Source: an uncultured Bacteroidales bacterium (GTDB lineage: Bacteria > Bacteroidota > Bacteroidia > Bacteroidales > Paludibacteraceae). From it: a stretch of DNA of 64,000 nt. A model generated the notes under the pieces. That model saw only the letters and a list, made by a program, of their open reading frames with translations, ran no database searches and was not told the DNA's origin. Position numbers and translations under genes: made by a program. Shown here piece by piece: positions 25,106 to 34,338 of the stretch. Within the stretch, counting starts at the first letter, position 1; every line of letters begins with the position of its first letter. The stretch covers positions 911 to 64,910 of the forward strand of contig ONHW01000010.1 of the NCBI GenBank assembly GCA_900317745.1. Reading direction: 5' to 3'.

Positions 25106-26959
25106 ATGGGAAATATTCGAACATATAAGCACCTGTTATGCATAGCATTGCTGTATACTGCCGGATGGCTTATGCTGGTTACATCGGGCTGCGCGAACAA
25201 AGGTACAGGTCCGCAAGGCGGTCCGAAAGATTCTATCCCGCCGACATTGCTGCGCGAAACGCCGCTGAACGGCACGTGTAACTTCACGGGCAAGACTGTT
25301 GTATTGCAGTTCGATGAATATGTGCAGTTGAACAACGTGGCGGAAAATGTGCTAATCTCACCGCCCCAGCAGAATCCGCCTATCGTCAAAGCCATCGGCA
25401 AACGCGTGACAGTTACCTTTGAGGAAGAATTGCGCGACAGCACGACCTATACTATTGATTTTGGTGAGGCTATATGCGACAACAACGAGAAAGTGCCGCT
25501 TGGCAACTACTCATTCTCATTCTCCACAGGCGAACATATCGATACGTTGGCAATGTTCGGCAAGGTCATCAATGCTGCCGATCTTAATCCTGTACAGGGC
25601 GTGATTGTGGGTGTGCAGGAGATTTTGGACGATAGCGCATTTGCCACTGTTCCGTTTACACGAATCGCCAAATCCGACAGTTCGGGGCAGTTCGGTGTAT
25701 TGAATATGCGTGGCGGCAACTACCGCATATATGCATTGCGCGATGTGAGCAAGGATTATCTGTACCAGCCATCAGAGGCATTGGCGTTTACCGATGAAGT
25801 CTTTTCGCCTGCATTGGCTTACGACACGATCACGGTTGACAGTCTGACCATGCAGCCGGATACCGTATGGTATCATGTGCCGGACACTATAGTGCTCAGG
25901 TTGTTTACCGAGAACAAACAACGGCATTATTTCGTGCGCGCATTGAGGGATAAGGAGCAGCACTATTTCACGTTGCTCTTCTCTGCTCCTCAGGACAGTT
26001 TGCCGACGATAGTTGCACTGCCGCCGGATAGTACATCAAGCGACTCGACTTGGGTGGATTTCACGCAACACATGCTTTGCCAGGCTAATCCTACAAAAGA
26101 TACACTCGTATATTGGCTGACGGACTCATCGGCAATCCGAATGGATACCTTACGATTCCTGATGTCATACAAGATGTCCGATTCCCTGTATCAATTGGTG
26201 GACACAACTGATACGGTTCAAGCGGTATATCGCCATCCGCGTATGTCGCAAAAAGCCATTGAAGCCAAACAACGCAAAGATGCTAACAGGAAGATTGAAC
26301 TGAAAAGCAATTCTTCATCGAAATTGGACGTTTATCGCTCGGTTGAATGGTACGCACAAACTCCGTTACAGGATCTGAAAGCGGACAGCATTCATCTGTA
26401 TGAGAAGATAGATACCGTCATGCGTCCGGTAACCTTCAGGCTGGAGAGATTGGATTCGATTGGTATGCGCTATGCACTGCGTGCCGATTTGCAACCGGAG
26501 CACATATATACGTTGAAGATTGATTCCGGTGCGATGCACGACATTTACGGCGTAACCAATATGCCATTCAAGGCAGAATACAAGTTGCGTTCGCTAAATG
26601 AATACTCCACCCTGACCATCCGCATGACCCATTTCGATGCACGCGCACGCATACAGATAATCAACGACAAAGATCAAGTCGTTCGCGAGTTGCCCGCACT
26701 GCCGGAAGGTACACGATTCGAGAACCTGGATGCCAAGAGTTTCTATGTGAGGCTATATCTGGATATGGACGGCAACGGTGAGTGGACGACCGGTGATTGG
26801 GCTTTGAAACGTCAGCCGGAACCGGTATTCTATTTCAGTAAGAAACTGACATTACGCGCCAATTGGGAGTTTGAAGAAGAGTTCGACCATCTGGCAACTC
26901 CACTTTTGGAGCAGAAACCAAAAGCCTTGATAAAAGTGGATACAGGCAAGAAAAAGTAA
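25106..26959 (+). CDS. Putative lipoprotein with N-terminal Ig-like (SbsA-type) domain
   Basis: The ATG at 25106 gives MGNIRTYKHLLCIALLYTAGWLMLVTSGC (lipobox-like). The following PPTLLRETPLNGTCNF... resembles Ig-like domains (recalled). The rest is unassigned. Confidence 0.6.
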   Translation: MGNIRTYKHLLCIALLYTAGWLMLVTSGCANKGTGPQGGPKDSIPPTLLRETPLNGTCNFTGKTVVLQFDEYVQLNNVAENVLISPPQQNPPIVKAIGKRVTVTFEEELRDSTTYTIDFGEAICDNNEKVPLGNYSFSFSTGEHIDTLAMFGKVINAADLNPVQGVIVGVQEILDDSAFATVPFTRIAKSDSSGQFGVLNMRGGNYRIYALRDVSKDYLYQPSEALAFTDEVFSPALAYDTITVDSLTMQPDTVWYHVPDTIVLRLFTENKQRHYFVRALRDKEQHYFTLLFSAPQDSLPTIVALPPDSTSSDSTWVDFTQHMLCQANPTKDTLVYWLTDSSAIRMDTLRFLMSYKMSDSLYQLVDTTDTVQAVYRHPRMSQKAIEAKQRKDANRKIELKSNSSSKLDVYRSVEWYAQTPLQDLKADSIHLYEKIDTVMRPVTFRLERLDSIGMRYALRADLQPEHIYTLKIDSGAMHDIYGVTNMPFKAEYKLRSLNEYSTLTIRMTHFDARARIQIINDKDQVVRELPALPEGTRFENLDAKSFYVRLYLDMDGNGEWTTGDWALKRQPEPVFYFSKKLTLRANWEFEEEFDHLATPLLEQKPKALIKVDTGKKK

Positions 26960-26964
26960 CAGCA

Positions 26965-26991
26965 AGCCGGCTTTCAACAGCCGGCTTTTTT
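26965..26991. terminator. Hairpin + T-tract after the lipoprotein gene, overlapping the 3' end of the convergent permease gene
   Basis: AGCCGGCT-TTCAAC-AGCCGGCT followed by TTTTT. Confidence 0.6.
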
Positions 26992-28191
26992 ATCGTGAAT
27001 ATATCCCATCACTCCCAGGTGCAGACATGTTGTCAGGAAGTACCCTCCAGCCAGAATCCATAAGGCAATATACTCTCTGGCAGTAGTCTCAAGTGTTGCC
27101 CCCATCGAATTGATATGCAGGAATCCGTGCACGCCCCAGGTGTAGGGGAAGAAATAACTGAGGTATCTCCATGCATCGGGTAACATCTGTTGCGGCCAGC
27201 TAACACCTGCAATGAACAGGAAGATGAGCGATGAAGAAATCAGCACGACCATGCCACTTTCACGATTGCGGGTGAACACACTTATACTCATAGAGAAGTA
27301 GATAACTGCCAACAAATACGGCACAAGAAGTTTGAGAATTGCCAACGGATCACCGATGTGAGGCAGATTGAATAGCCTTGGCACACCCAACAGCACAACG
27401 GCTCCCAAAGCATAATAGATAAGGAAGTATGCTGCCGAGCGACCGAGGGTGATTCGCAGTACGCTGTATCCGCGGCGTCTGCCGGGCAGGAGAAACAACT
27501 CTTTGTTTTCCTCACGTGCCGTGCCACCCAACATACATATTCCGAAGAACAGCGTCTGATGAAGGATAAGCATCAGTACGGCGGGAATAAGAAACGATGC
27601 ATAGCCGCCACTCTCGCAGAACAGTGCAGTTTCGGTATATGGAGCAGCCTGAACGAGTTGCCATGAGAACTGCTTGTCGTAGCCCATCGCTTCGTATCGA
27701 TCGACCTGGATGCGTCCCATATCCTCCAGCATTACCCGATTGCAACTCAGGTAAACTGCCTTCATGTACAAGAATGATGACATATCGCAGTAGAGCGATA
27801 TATGCGCTGTCTTCATACCGGTGTTAAGGCACTCTGCAAATTCAGACGGAAAATAGATTATGCCATGGATCTTCTGCGCCCGTAACAATTGTTCCGCCTC
27901 TGCCATCGATGTGCAGTAGTGGGTAATGGTGATATCAGGCGTAGCATTCCATTTGTGCAGAAAGGCGCGACTCTCCTGACTATGGCTCATATCCACCACA
28001 GCCACAGGCACATTTTCCACATTATCCTTCCAGTAGATAAAGTTATACAGTATAGGATATGCCAGCGTGGCAACGAAGAAAATCACCACCACTCCCGGAT
28101 CGCTGAATATACGACGCAGCTCACCGGTAAACACGCCCCAAGTCTCCTGTACTTTAAGCCATTTACTATATAATAAACGCGTAATAATCAT
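26974..28191 (-). CDS. ABC-2 type transporter permease
   Basis: One N-terminal TM segment, a large loop, then five or more C-terminal TM segments, which is the typical YhhJ/YbhR-type layout. Last gene of the TolC-HlyD operon. Confidence 0.75.
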   Translation of the reverse strand: MIITRLLYSKWLKVQETWGVFTGELRRIFSDPGVVVIFFVATLAYPILYNFIYWKDNVENVPVAVVDMSHSQESRAFLHKWNATPDITITHYCTSMAEAEQLLRAQKIHGIIYFPSEFAECLNTGMKTAHISLYCDMSSFLYMKAVYLSCNRVMLEDMGRIQVDRYEAMGYDKQFSWQLVQAAPYTETALFCESGGYASFLIPAVLMLILHQTLFFGICMLGGTAREENKELFLLPGRRRGYSVLRITLGRSAAYFLIYYALGAVVLLGVPRLFNLPHIGDPLAILKLLVPYLLAVIYFSMSISVFTRNRESGMVVLISSSLIFLFIAGVSWPQQMLPDAWRYLSYFFPYTWGVHGFLHINSMGATLETTAREYIALWILAGGYFLTTCLHLGVMGYIHDKKAGC

Positions 28192-28215
28192 TTCTATCTT
28201 CGCTACATATAGCGA

Positions 28216-29391
28216 TTATTTAAGCGGATAATTATTATACTGCAGTGCATTGTGCAGCCGTGGCGACACAATCAGTGCGAGCACAAAAAATGCTGTAAGG
28301 CATAGCATAGGTATAACCGTATTCATGACAGGACCGGCCATCAATGCCTCGTTAACATAGATCTTGTAATAGTGCCGGAGCGGTATCAGCCACGTAAGTG
28401 CCTGAAAGGGCGGTAACATGTTCATGACAGGATATGTAAATCCTGACAAGGAAAATCCTAACATGCCGTACAATGCGCCAATGGATATGGCGTCACGCAA
28501 TGTGGGTAAGGCTCCTATCAGCGTGATGGCCATTGATTCCATGGCAAACACAAGCAGCAATATACCAAGTACCAGCCGCCATGAAGAACCCATAACCGGG
28601 AAATGCATGAATCGGAACAATATCACATTGCATCCTATGCCAAGGACAACATACAATATCGTATATGGCAGCAGTTTGCCAATCATTGCCACGGTATAGT
28701 TGCCTCCGGCAATCTCAAGCCACTGGCGTGAGGTTTGCATCTTCAGTTCAAAGCCGATGGCAAAGATGGTAAGCATCAGCACCACAAGCGACAATATGCC
28801 CGGCACTATGGTTGATACAAGATAGATAGCATAGTTACTCCACGGGTTGGCAATCAGGTGTGCGGATATAGCCACGGGCTGAATGCGCTCCATAATAAGA
28901 TAATCCGGCAGCCCTTTCTTACGCAGCACCTCGCGCTGAAACGCGCCACTGGTTAGATTACACATTGTCAGCAACTGCTTGTACGCTGTACTTGCGCCAA
29001 CGGTGTATGCGTTGTTGACATAGAAATGCAAGGTAGGCTGCTTGAAGGAGGCAATATCGGCATAGAAATCTTCAGGGATTTCCAGTATGCCATACACCTC
29101 GCCGCGCTGCATAGCCAGACGCGCATCTGCGAAGTTTGGCGAGATAAGAACAATCTCAACGGATTGAGTTGCGTTCGTTTCGTGGCACAGGCGTCTGGAA
29201 ATTGACGACTGATCCTTGTCCACAACGGCAACAGGCATCCGCTCGGGAGCGCCGCGCTTCATAATACTCAGGAAGAATATGGTACACAGCACCATCACTC
29301 CCACCGAAGCAAAGATGTACAGCGGGCGAATAAACATTCGTCCTGTTTCACGCTGTGCAACATGCCAGATGTTCAGGAAAATCTGCTTCAT
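28216..29391 (-). CDS. ABC-2 type transporter permease (paralogue)
   Basis: Same architecture as the neighbouring permease (PVAVVDKDQS loop, C-terminal TM bundle). Confidence 0.75.
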   Translation of the reverse strand: MKQIFLNIWHVAQRETGRMFIRPLYIFASVGVMVLCTIFFLSIMKRGAPERMPVAVVDKDQSSISRRLCHETNATQSVEIVLISPNFADARLAMQRGEVYGILEIPEDFYADIASFKQPTLHFYVNNAYTVGASTAYKQLLTMCNLTSGAFQREVLRKKGLPDYLIMERIQPVAISAHLIANPWSNYAIYLVSTIVPGILSLVVLMLTIFAIGFELKMQTSRQWLEIAGGNYTVAMIGKLLPYTILYVVLGIGCNVILFRFMHFPVMGSSWRLVLGILLLVFAMESMAITLIGALPTLRDAISIGALYGMLGFSLSGFTYPVMNMLPPFQALTWLIPLRHYYKIYVNEALMAGPVMNTVIPMLCLTAFFVLALIVSPRLHNALQYNNYPLK

Positions 29392-29438
29392 GATACTTCT
29401 TCCGCCGAATGACAGAAACTATTCATGCTACTGACCTG

Positions 29439-30464
29439 TCAATGCTGAATCACAATCGTCGGGTGGTTATAACTTTTCTCGCGCACAACAATTGCCGTCA
29501 TTCCCGGTCGCAGGTCGCGGATAGGATGCAACGGGCGTGCCTTGACATCGAATGTACGCACGTCGTATTGTCCGTTCTGCTTCGTGCTGCGCCATGTGGC
29601 GTAAGTGCCCATAGCCTTGATGTATGTAACCTCAACCGGATACAATTCGTTGCCCAAAGCCGGGATGCGCACTTGTAGTGAGGTACCGACCTTGATGTCA
29701 TGCAACATATCCTCGCGTACTGCAAAGGTAAACCATGCATCGTTCAGGTCAACGATTGACATTACGGGGCTACCCTGCCCGACCAGTTCTCCTGTCTTGG
29801 GGAATCGCTCAGCCACCTCACCGTCAACAGGTGATGTGAGGTAACGTTCAGCACGGGCCAGCTCCACTTCTTGTATCACGCCATCAACTTTAGCCACTTG
29901 CGCTTCGGCTGCAACTTTATCTTCTTCACGTGCGCCACTTACAGCCATGTCATACTGGCTTTTGGCGGCTTTAACTGTAGCCTTGGCTGCATTGTACTGT
30001 GCCTCCACCTCATCTTTCTTTTGAGCGCTGACCACTCCGCGTTCGTACAGGCGCTGAACACGCTCATAACTCTTGCGGTAAATCTCCTCGCCGGCTTTGG
30101 CTTTTTGCCATAGTTCATACGCACCTACAATCTGCTCATGGCGTGCACCGTTCTTTGCTTTGACGTTCACAGCCTCTGCCATGGCGCGAGCTGCCTGTGC
30201 CTGAGCCATCTTTGCTTCAACCTCGGGTGAGTAGATGATTACCAATGTGTCGCCTTTCTTGACTTGGTCACCTTCCTCGGCAAGGAACATCTCTATTCGT
30301 CCGGGCACTTTGCCTGATATACGGTACTCAGTAGCTTCCGCCTCACCGGTAATGAGCACCTCGTCCTCTTTGAGCGCAAAAACACCTACCAGAGCAACAA
30401 TGACAACTACTGCCAGCATTGCCGCCAAGCCCAAGAGAAGACTGCCTTTCTTATCTTGTTTCAT
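29439..30464 (-). CDS. HlyD-family membrane fusion / periplasmic adaptor protein
   Basis: N-terminal TM anchor, lipoyl-like hairpin (GDQVKKGDTLV), long coiled-coil (AKMAQAQAARAMAEA...) and a beta-barrel C-terminus. Confidence 0.85.
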   Translation of the reverse strand: MKQDKKGSLLLGLAAMLAVVVIVALVGVFALKEDEVLITGEAEATEYRISGKVPGRIEMFLAEEGDQVKKGDTLVIIYSPEVEAKMAQAQAARAMAEAVNVKAKNGARHEQIVGAYELWQKAKAGEEIYRKSYERVQRLYERGVVSAQKKDEVEAQYNAAKATVKAAKSQYDMAVSGAREEDKVAAEAQVAKVDGVIQEVELARAERYLTSPVDGEVAERFPKTGELVGQGSPVMSIVDLNDAWFTFAVREDMLHDIKVGTSLQVRIPALGNELYPVEVTYIKAMGTYATWRSTKQNGQYDVRTFDVKARPLHPIRDLRPGMTAIVVREKSYNHPTIVIQH

Positions 30465-31956
30465 AATTTAGTGTATTAGTAAATCGCTTGTATTGAGTTT
30501 CCGTCACCTTAGCCTCTACCTCGGCATCAATATGGTCGGTACATGCAGCCTGCCACGCAGTCTGTGCCTGCATGAGGTCAGATGCGGTAGCCATGCCTGC
30601 ATCGAATGCCTCTTGAGCGAAACGCAACACTTCCTCGGCATTCTTGACCTGTATCTCGGTCATTACTACTTTCTGTTGCGCCTCCAAGACCTTTTGGTTA
30701 GCCTGAGTTACTTGCAGGGTCAGCAATTGCTTGGCTTCATCCCGTTTGATAGCAACGATATTTGCCTCGTGCTTAGCTGCTTTCAAGCGAAGAATATCAT
30801 CGGCGTGGGCGATAGGAATGTTCACCACTACGCCAGCATTGAAGAATCCTGTTCCTTTCCAACTGTTGGAGAATCCGTTCTCAACACTCGGGTTACTATA
30901 TATATAGTTGGCTTGTGCAACGATGTTTGGTTGCAGTCCGGCGGACATGACGCGAACGTTGGACTTGGCGACCTTTTCGGCTGCATCCAGCAGTTGTATC
31001 TCCGGTCGGGCGTTAAGCATCTCGTCACTGATCATCACGGTATCATGCAGTTGTATATCCTGCAGTCCTGTTGATTGAAGTGTGAAATCAGAATGAAGTG
31101 GCAATCCGATGAGTTGACAAAGTGCCATCTTTGACAGTACCAATCCGTTCTCAGCTTGCATTTTCTTCACCTCAGCCTCACCTCGTTTGGCTTTCACTTT
31201 CAGCAGATCGGATTGTGTAGCTAATCCTTCGGATGCCAATTCCTGTACGTTATTCTCCAGTGTAACAAGCAGGTTGTAATACTGCTCTGCCAGTTGCTTT
31301 TTCTGTTCTACATTGACTATACGCCAATAGGCTTCATCAACACTCACAATCAACTCCAGTTGCTTGCTGTCGGCTTCTATCTCGGCAACATCGCGTGCTG
31401 CAGTGGCAATGTCGTACATGGCTTTTAGTCTTCCGCCAACATATATCGGTTGAGTTATTCCCACTTGCCCTATCACAACATGTGTCATGTCTGGATTCAG
31501 AGCACGATAGAGTTTCTGGTACACATCTGCTATCATCTGCCCGCTCTCAGAGCCAAGTGTCTGAACACGCGAGTGCACATCCGGCAGTGTACGCGTTTCC
31601 TGACTGAGTTGATTGACCCATGAAGTCTCGCTCCATTCAAAGTTTCCCATACCGTTAGCGCCGACACGTGCCGTACCAAAACTGAATTGCATCTCGTTGG
31701 GCAATAATACGGGAGATTTGCTGTTCCACATATAAGCGACATTGGCGCTCAGCTTGGGGAACATTGCCGCCAATGCTGCCTGCTGATTGAGTTTGGCTGC
31801 CTCCAAGGCCTCTTTGCGCAACTCGCTGTTATGCGAGGCTTCAATGGCCATTTGGCGGCAATCCTGCAGACTGTATGTCGGAATAACCGTTTCCTCGGCA
31901 TACAAGCTGACTGCAAACAGCAATAGCGTCAATATACTGTTAATCTTCGAACTCAT
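30451..31956 (-). CDS. TolC-family outer membrane efflux protein
   Basis: Signal peptide and two tandem OEP-like halves with coiled-coil segments. Overlaps the HlyD start by 14 nt. Confidence 0.85.
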   Translation of the reverse strand: MSSKINSILTLLLFAVSLYAEETVIPTYSLQDCRQMAIEASHNSELRKEALEAAKLNQQAALAAMFPKLSANVAYMWNSKSPVLLPNEMQFSFGTARVGANGMGNFEWSETSWVNQLSQETRTLPDVHSRVQTLGSESGQMIADVYQKLYRALNPDMTHVVIGQVGITQPIYVGGRLKAMYDIATAARDVAEIEADSKQLELIVSVDEAYWRIVNVEQKKQLAEQYYNLLVTLENNVQELASEGLATQSDLLKVKAKRGEAEVKKMQAENGLVLSKMALCQLIGLPLHSDFTLQSTGLQDIQLHDTVMISDEMLNARPEIQLLDAAEKVAKSNVRVMSAGLQPNIVAQANYIYSNPSVENGFSNSWKGTGFFNAGVVVNIPIAHADDILRLKAAKHEANIVAIKRDEAKQLLTLQVTQANQKVLEAQQKVVMTEIQVKNAEEVLRFAQEAFDAGMATASDLMQAQTAWQAACTDHIDAEVEAKVTETQYKRFTNTLNYETR

Positions 31957-32013
31957 AATAAAAACTGTCTTTCGACTTTCGCCTATTGAATTTCGACTAT
32001 CAACTTATTTCAA

Positions 32014-32577
32014 TTAGTTCTTCTTTGCCAGGCTGCGTATTCCTTTGCCTCGCAACGTGCGTTCGGAAGATTGCGACTTACCTGTATATTCAAGGTCGAA
32101 TATCAGGTTGTTGTCATATACATCGGCATGCCCCTTAACCACGATGTCATATGTCTCATATTCATGCCTTACACGTACAAGTACCGTGTCACGCGAGAGA
32201 GAGCCGATGCCCAGCGTGATGGTGTCGCGGTAGTAAACATCTGTAGGCACCTCAAGCGTGCGGTTGTATGAAACAAAATTCAGACGTTTGCCGTCCATCG
32301 TGCCGCGGGTAGCAATCACATCTCCATTCATTTGGTCAATGGTCATCAGAATGCTGTCACCGTCATGCAGACTGACGATCTCCAAAGAGCCTGACTCGTT
32401 GTCCAGATTGGCAACCAGTGTATCGGCTTTGGTCGCACCGGCGAAGTTCTCTTCCAAGGTTACCTTACCGGTTGTTTTGTAGCGATAAGCACCTTTGACA
32501 TCACGAACCGAACTACTGTCTGTGCATGCCATCATGCACAGCATTGCTGCGAATAAAATAGATATTTTTGATTTCAT
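32014..32577 (-). CDS. Hypothetical lipoprotein
   Basis: MKSKISILFAAMLCMMAC lipoprotein signal peptide. No family recognised. Confidence 0.6.
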   Translation of the reverse strand: MKSKISILFAAMLCMMACTDSSSVRDVKGAYRYKTTGKVTLEENFAGATKADTLVANLDNESGSLEIVSLHDGDSILMTIDQMNGDVIATRGTMDGKRLNFVSYNRTLEVPTDVYYRDTITLGIGSLSRDTVLVRVRHEYETYDIVVKGHADVYDNNLIFDLEYTGKSQSSERTLRGKGIRSLAKKN

Positions 32578-32779
32578 ATATTTGATAAATTTGTTTTCAG
32601 TATTGATAAAAACACACTTTCAAATGTGTGTTACTTCAGTATATGGTACAAATAGTGCTATCCAAATTTTGTGCCAATATGACAAGTTGTCAGACTTATG
32701 TGATTAATCATGGTATATTCCTTGTAATTTATTCAGTGGATATTGCAAAGCGGCAGGTATTAACTGCCAAAATTGCTTA

Positions 32780-33367
32780 TTATGCTTCGGTTGCTTGTTC
32801 GGTTAATTCGCGGTAGAACTCAACATGAGCCATTTCAATATACGGAGCCAGGAAGAAGAAACCGATACCACAGGTCAGCAGGCACAAGAAGATCCATCCG
32901 ATGAACGACAGATCAAGAACGAACAAATCCCATTTGTGACCGTCCATCAGTTCTCTACTCTTGCGGATAGCGTCCATTGCTGACAGTTCAGGATTGTCAT
33001 TGGCTACGTAGATGGCCATCGAATAGGCATAAGCCATGATTACACCAGGGATGACGAAAAGAAGAGACCAAAGGGAAACAAACAATCTTTGCAGCAGCGG
33101 AACCAAGAAAGCCTTCAGGAAGTTGTCACGGTACACCGTGAACATGCTCTCAAGTTGCGGGTTGCACTGTGTGCGGGACACATTCAGGAATGCCACTGAA
33201 AGGGCATAACTCATCGGCAATGTAAGCAACGACAACAAGCCCATAGTAAAACTGCCGGCTGCTCCTGAAATCATAGCGACTACCAGAAGCATAATGATTA
33301 GTGACCAATACTTTCCCGATAGGGAGTTCCATGCGCGATCGCGCAATTCTTGACATGTTAGTTTCAT
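32780..33367 (-). CDS. DUF975 family membrane protein
   Basis: The N-terminus QELRDRAWNSLSGKYW and the four-TM layout are typical of DUF975 (recalled). Confidence 0.7.
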   Translation of the reverse strand: MKLTCQELRDRAWNSLSGKYWSLIIMLLVVAMISGAAGSFTMGLLSLLTLPMSYALSVAFLNVSRTQCNPQLESMFTVYRDNFLKAFLVPLLQRLFVSLWSLLFVIPGVIMAYAYSMAIYVANDNPELSAMDAIRKSRELMDGHKWDLFVLDLSFIGWIFLCLLTCGIGFFFLAPYIEMAHVEFYRELTEQATEA

Positions 33368-33397
33368 AATGATAAAAATTTTGTTAGTTGGTTATGG

Positions 33398-34294
33398 TTA
33401 ACGTGTATCATTCAGTCTGTCGAATCCCTCGCCAAACACTCCGCGCACCTGTGATTGAGAGACAAAAGCTGCGGGATCAATCTCGCGAACAATGCGGAAG
33501 ATCTTAGCCGAGTCGTGCTGACGAGCAATGGTAGTAATGACCTTATACGGCTGGCCGGAATATCCGCCCTCTGCATCCAAATACGTCACACCGCGGTGTA
33601 CATCGTGGATGATGGCTTCGGCTATCTCGTTGTACTTCTTCGAGAATATGAAGAACTGTACCGATTGACGCATTCTGTTCATGATCCAATCCACAGCGGT
33701 GGAACTGATGAACGTGTAGCACAAGCCGAACAGCACTTTCTCCAGGCTGCGAACCTCAGGCAGGAAATAACCGCAGGAGATGGCAACTATATCGCACATC
33801 AGCAACACGCGTCCCATGGGCAGGTGCTGGTACTTGTTCACAATCATCGCTACGATGTCCGTGCCGCCTGTTGATCCGTTGTTCAGGAACACGAGTCCCA
33901 ATGCCGTACCGTTGAATATACCACCCAGCACCACCGCCATAAACGGATCAGTGATGATCGGCACATCCAATACAGGAATAACTTTCAGCCAAAATGTCAG
34001 CCAAAAAACTCCGTACAAAGTACGAAACACATAGCGTTTACCCACGGTAAAGTAGGCCGTTATCAGCAGCAGGATGTTCAGTGTAGCCGATGATGCCCAG
34101 ATAGGAATAGTGCGATGTGAAGCAAAGTAGATAATCTCACAAAAACCCGTCAGACCGCCACCAACGATGGCGTGAGGCACCAGAATATGGTTCACCACGA
34201 TGGCATACGGAATAGTGCACAACATGATGAGCAGGTATTCCTTGATCAGGACCACCGGCTTGGCTGAATAGAATTTCTCCAGTTTGTAGGGCAT
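33398..34294 (-). CDS. YitT family membrane protein (DUF2179 C-terminal domain)
   Basis: Repeated GGTGG/GGLTG membrane segments (IVGGGLTGF, NGSTGGTDI) and a soluble C-terminal domain. Confidence 0.8.
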   Translation of the reverse strand: MPYKLEKFYSAKPVVLIKEYLLIMLCTIPYAIVVNHILVPHAIVGGGLTGFCEIIYFASHRTIPIWASSATLNILLLITAYFTVGKRYVFRTLYGVFWLTFWLKVIPVLDVPIITDPFMAVVLGGIFNGTALGLVFLNNGSTGGTDIVAMIVNKYQHLPMGRVLLMCDIVAISCGYFLPEVRSLEKVLFGLCYTFISSTAVDWIMNRMRQSVQFFIFSKKYNEIAEAIIHDVHRGVTYLDAEGGYSGQPYKVITTIARQHDSAKIFRIVREIDPAAFVSQSQVRGVFGEGFDRLNDTR

Positions 34295-34338
34295 TGTTTT
34301 TTGTTATTTCTATTGGTCGTTATTTCGATATTCCGAAG

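Noticed and set aside
31965-31981. The 17-nt exact match to the U32 heptamer-repeat edge as evidence for a dispersed element.
   Set aside because: A single 17-mer match between two sites in 64 kb (both strands) is roughly what chance allows. It is mentioned under the heptamer finding but not treated as a separate element.
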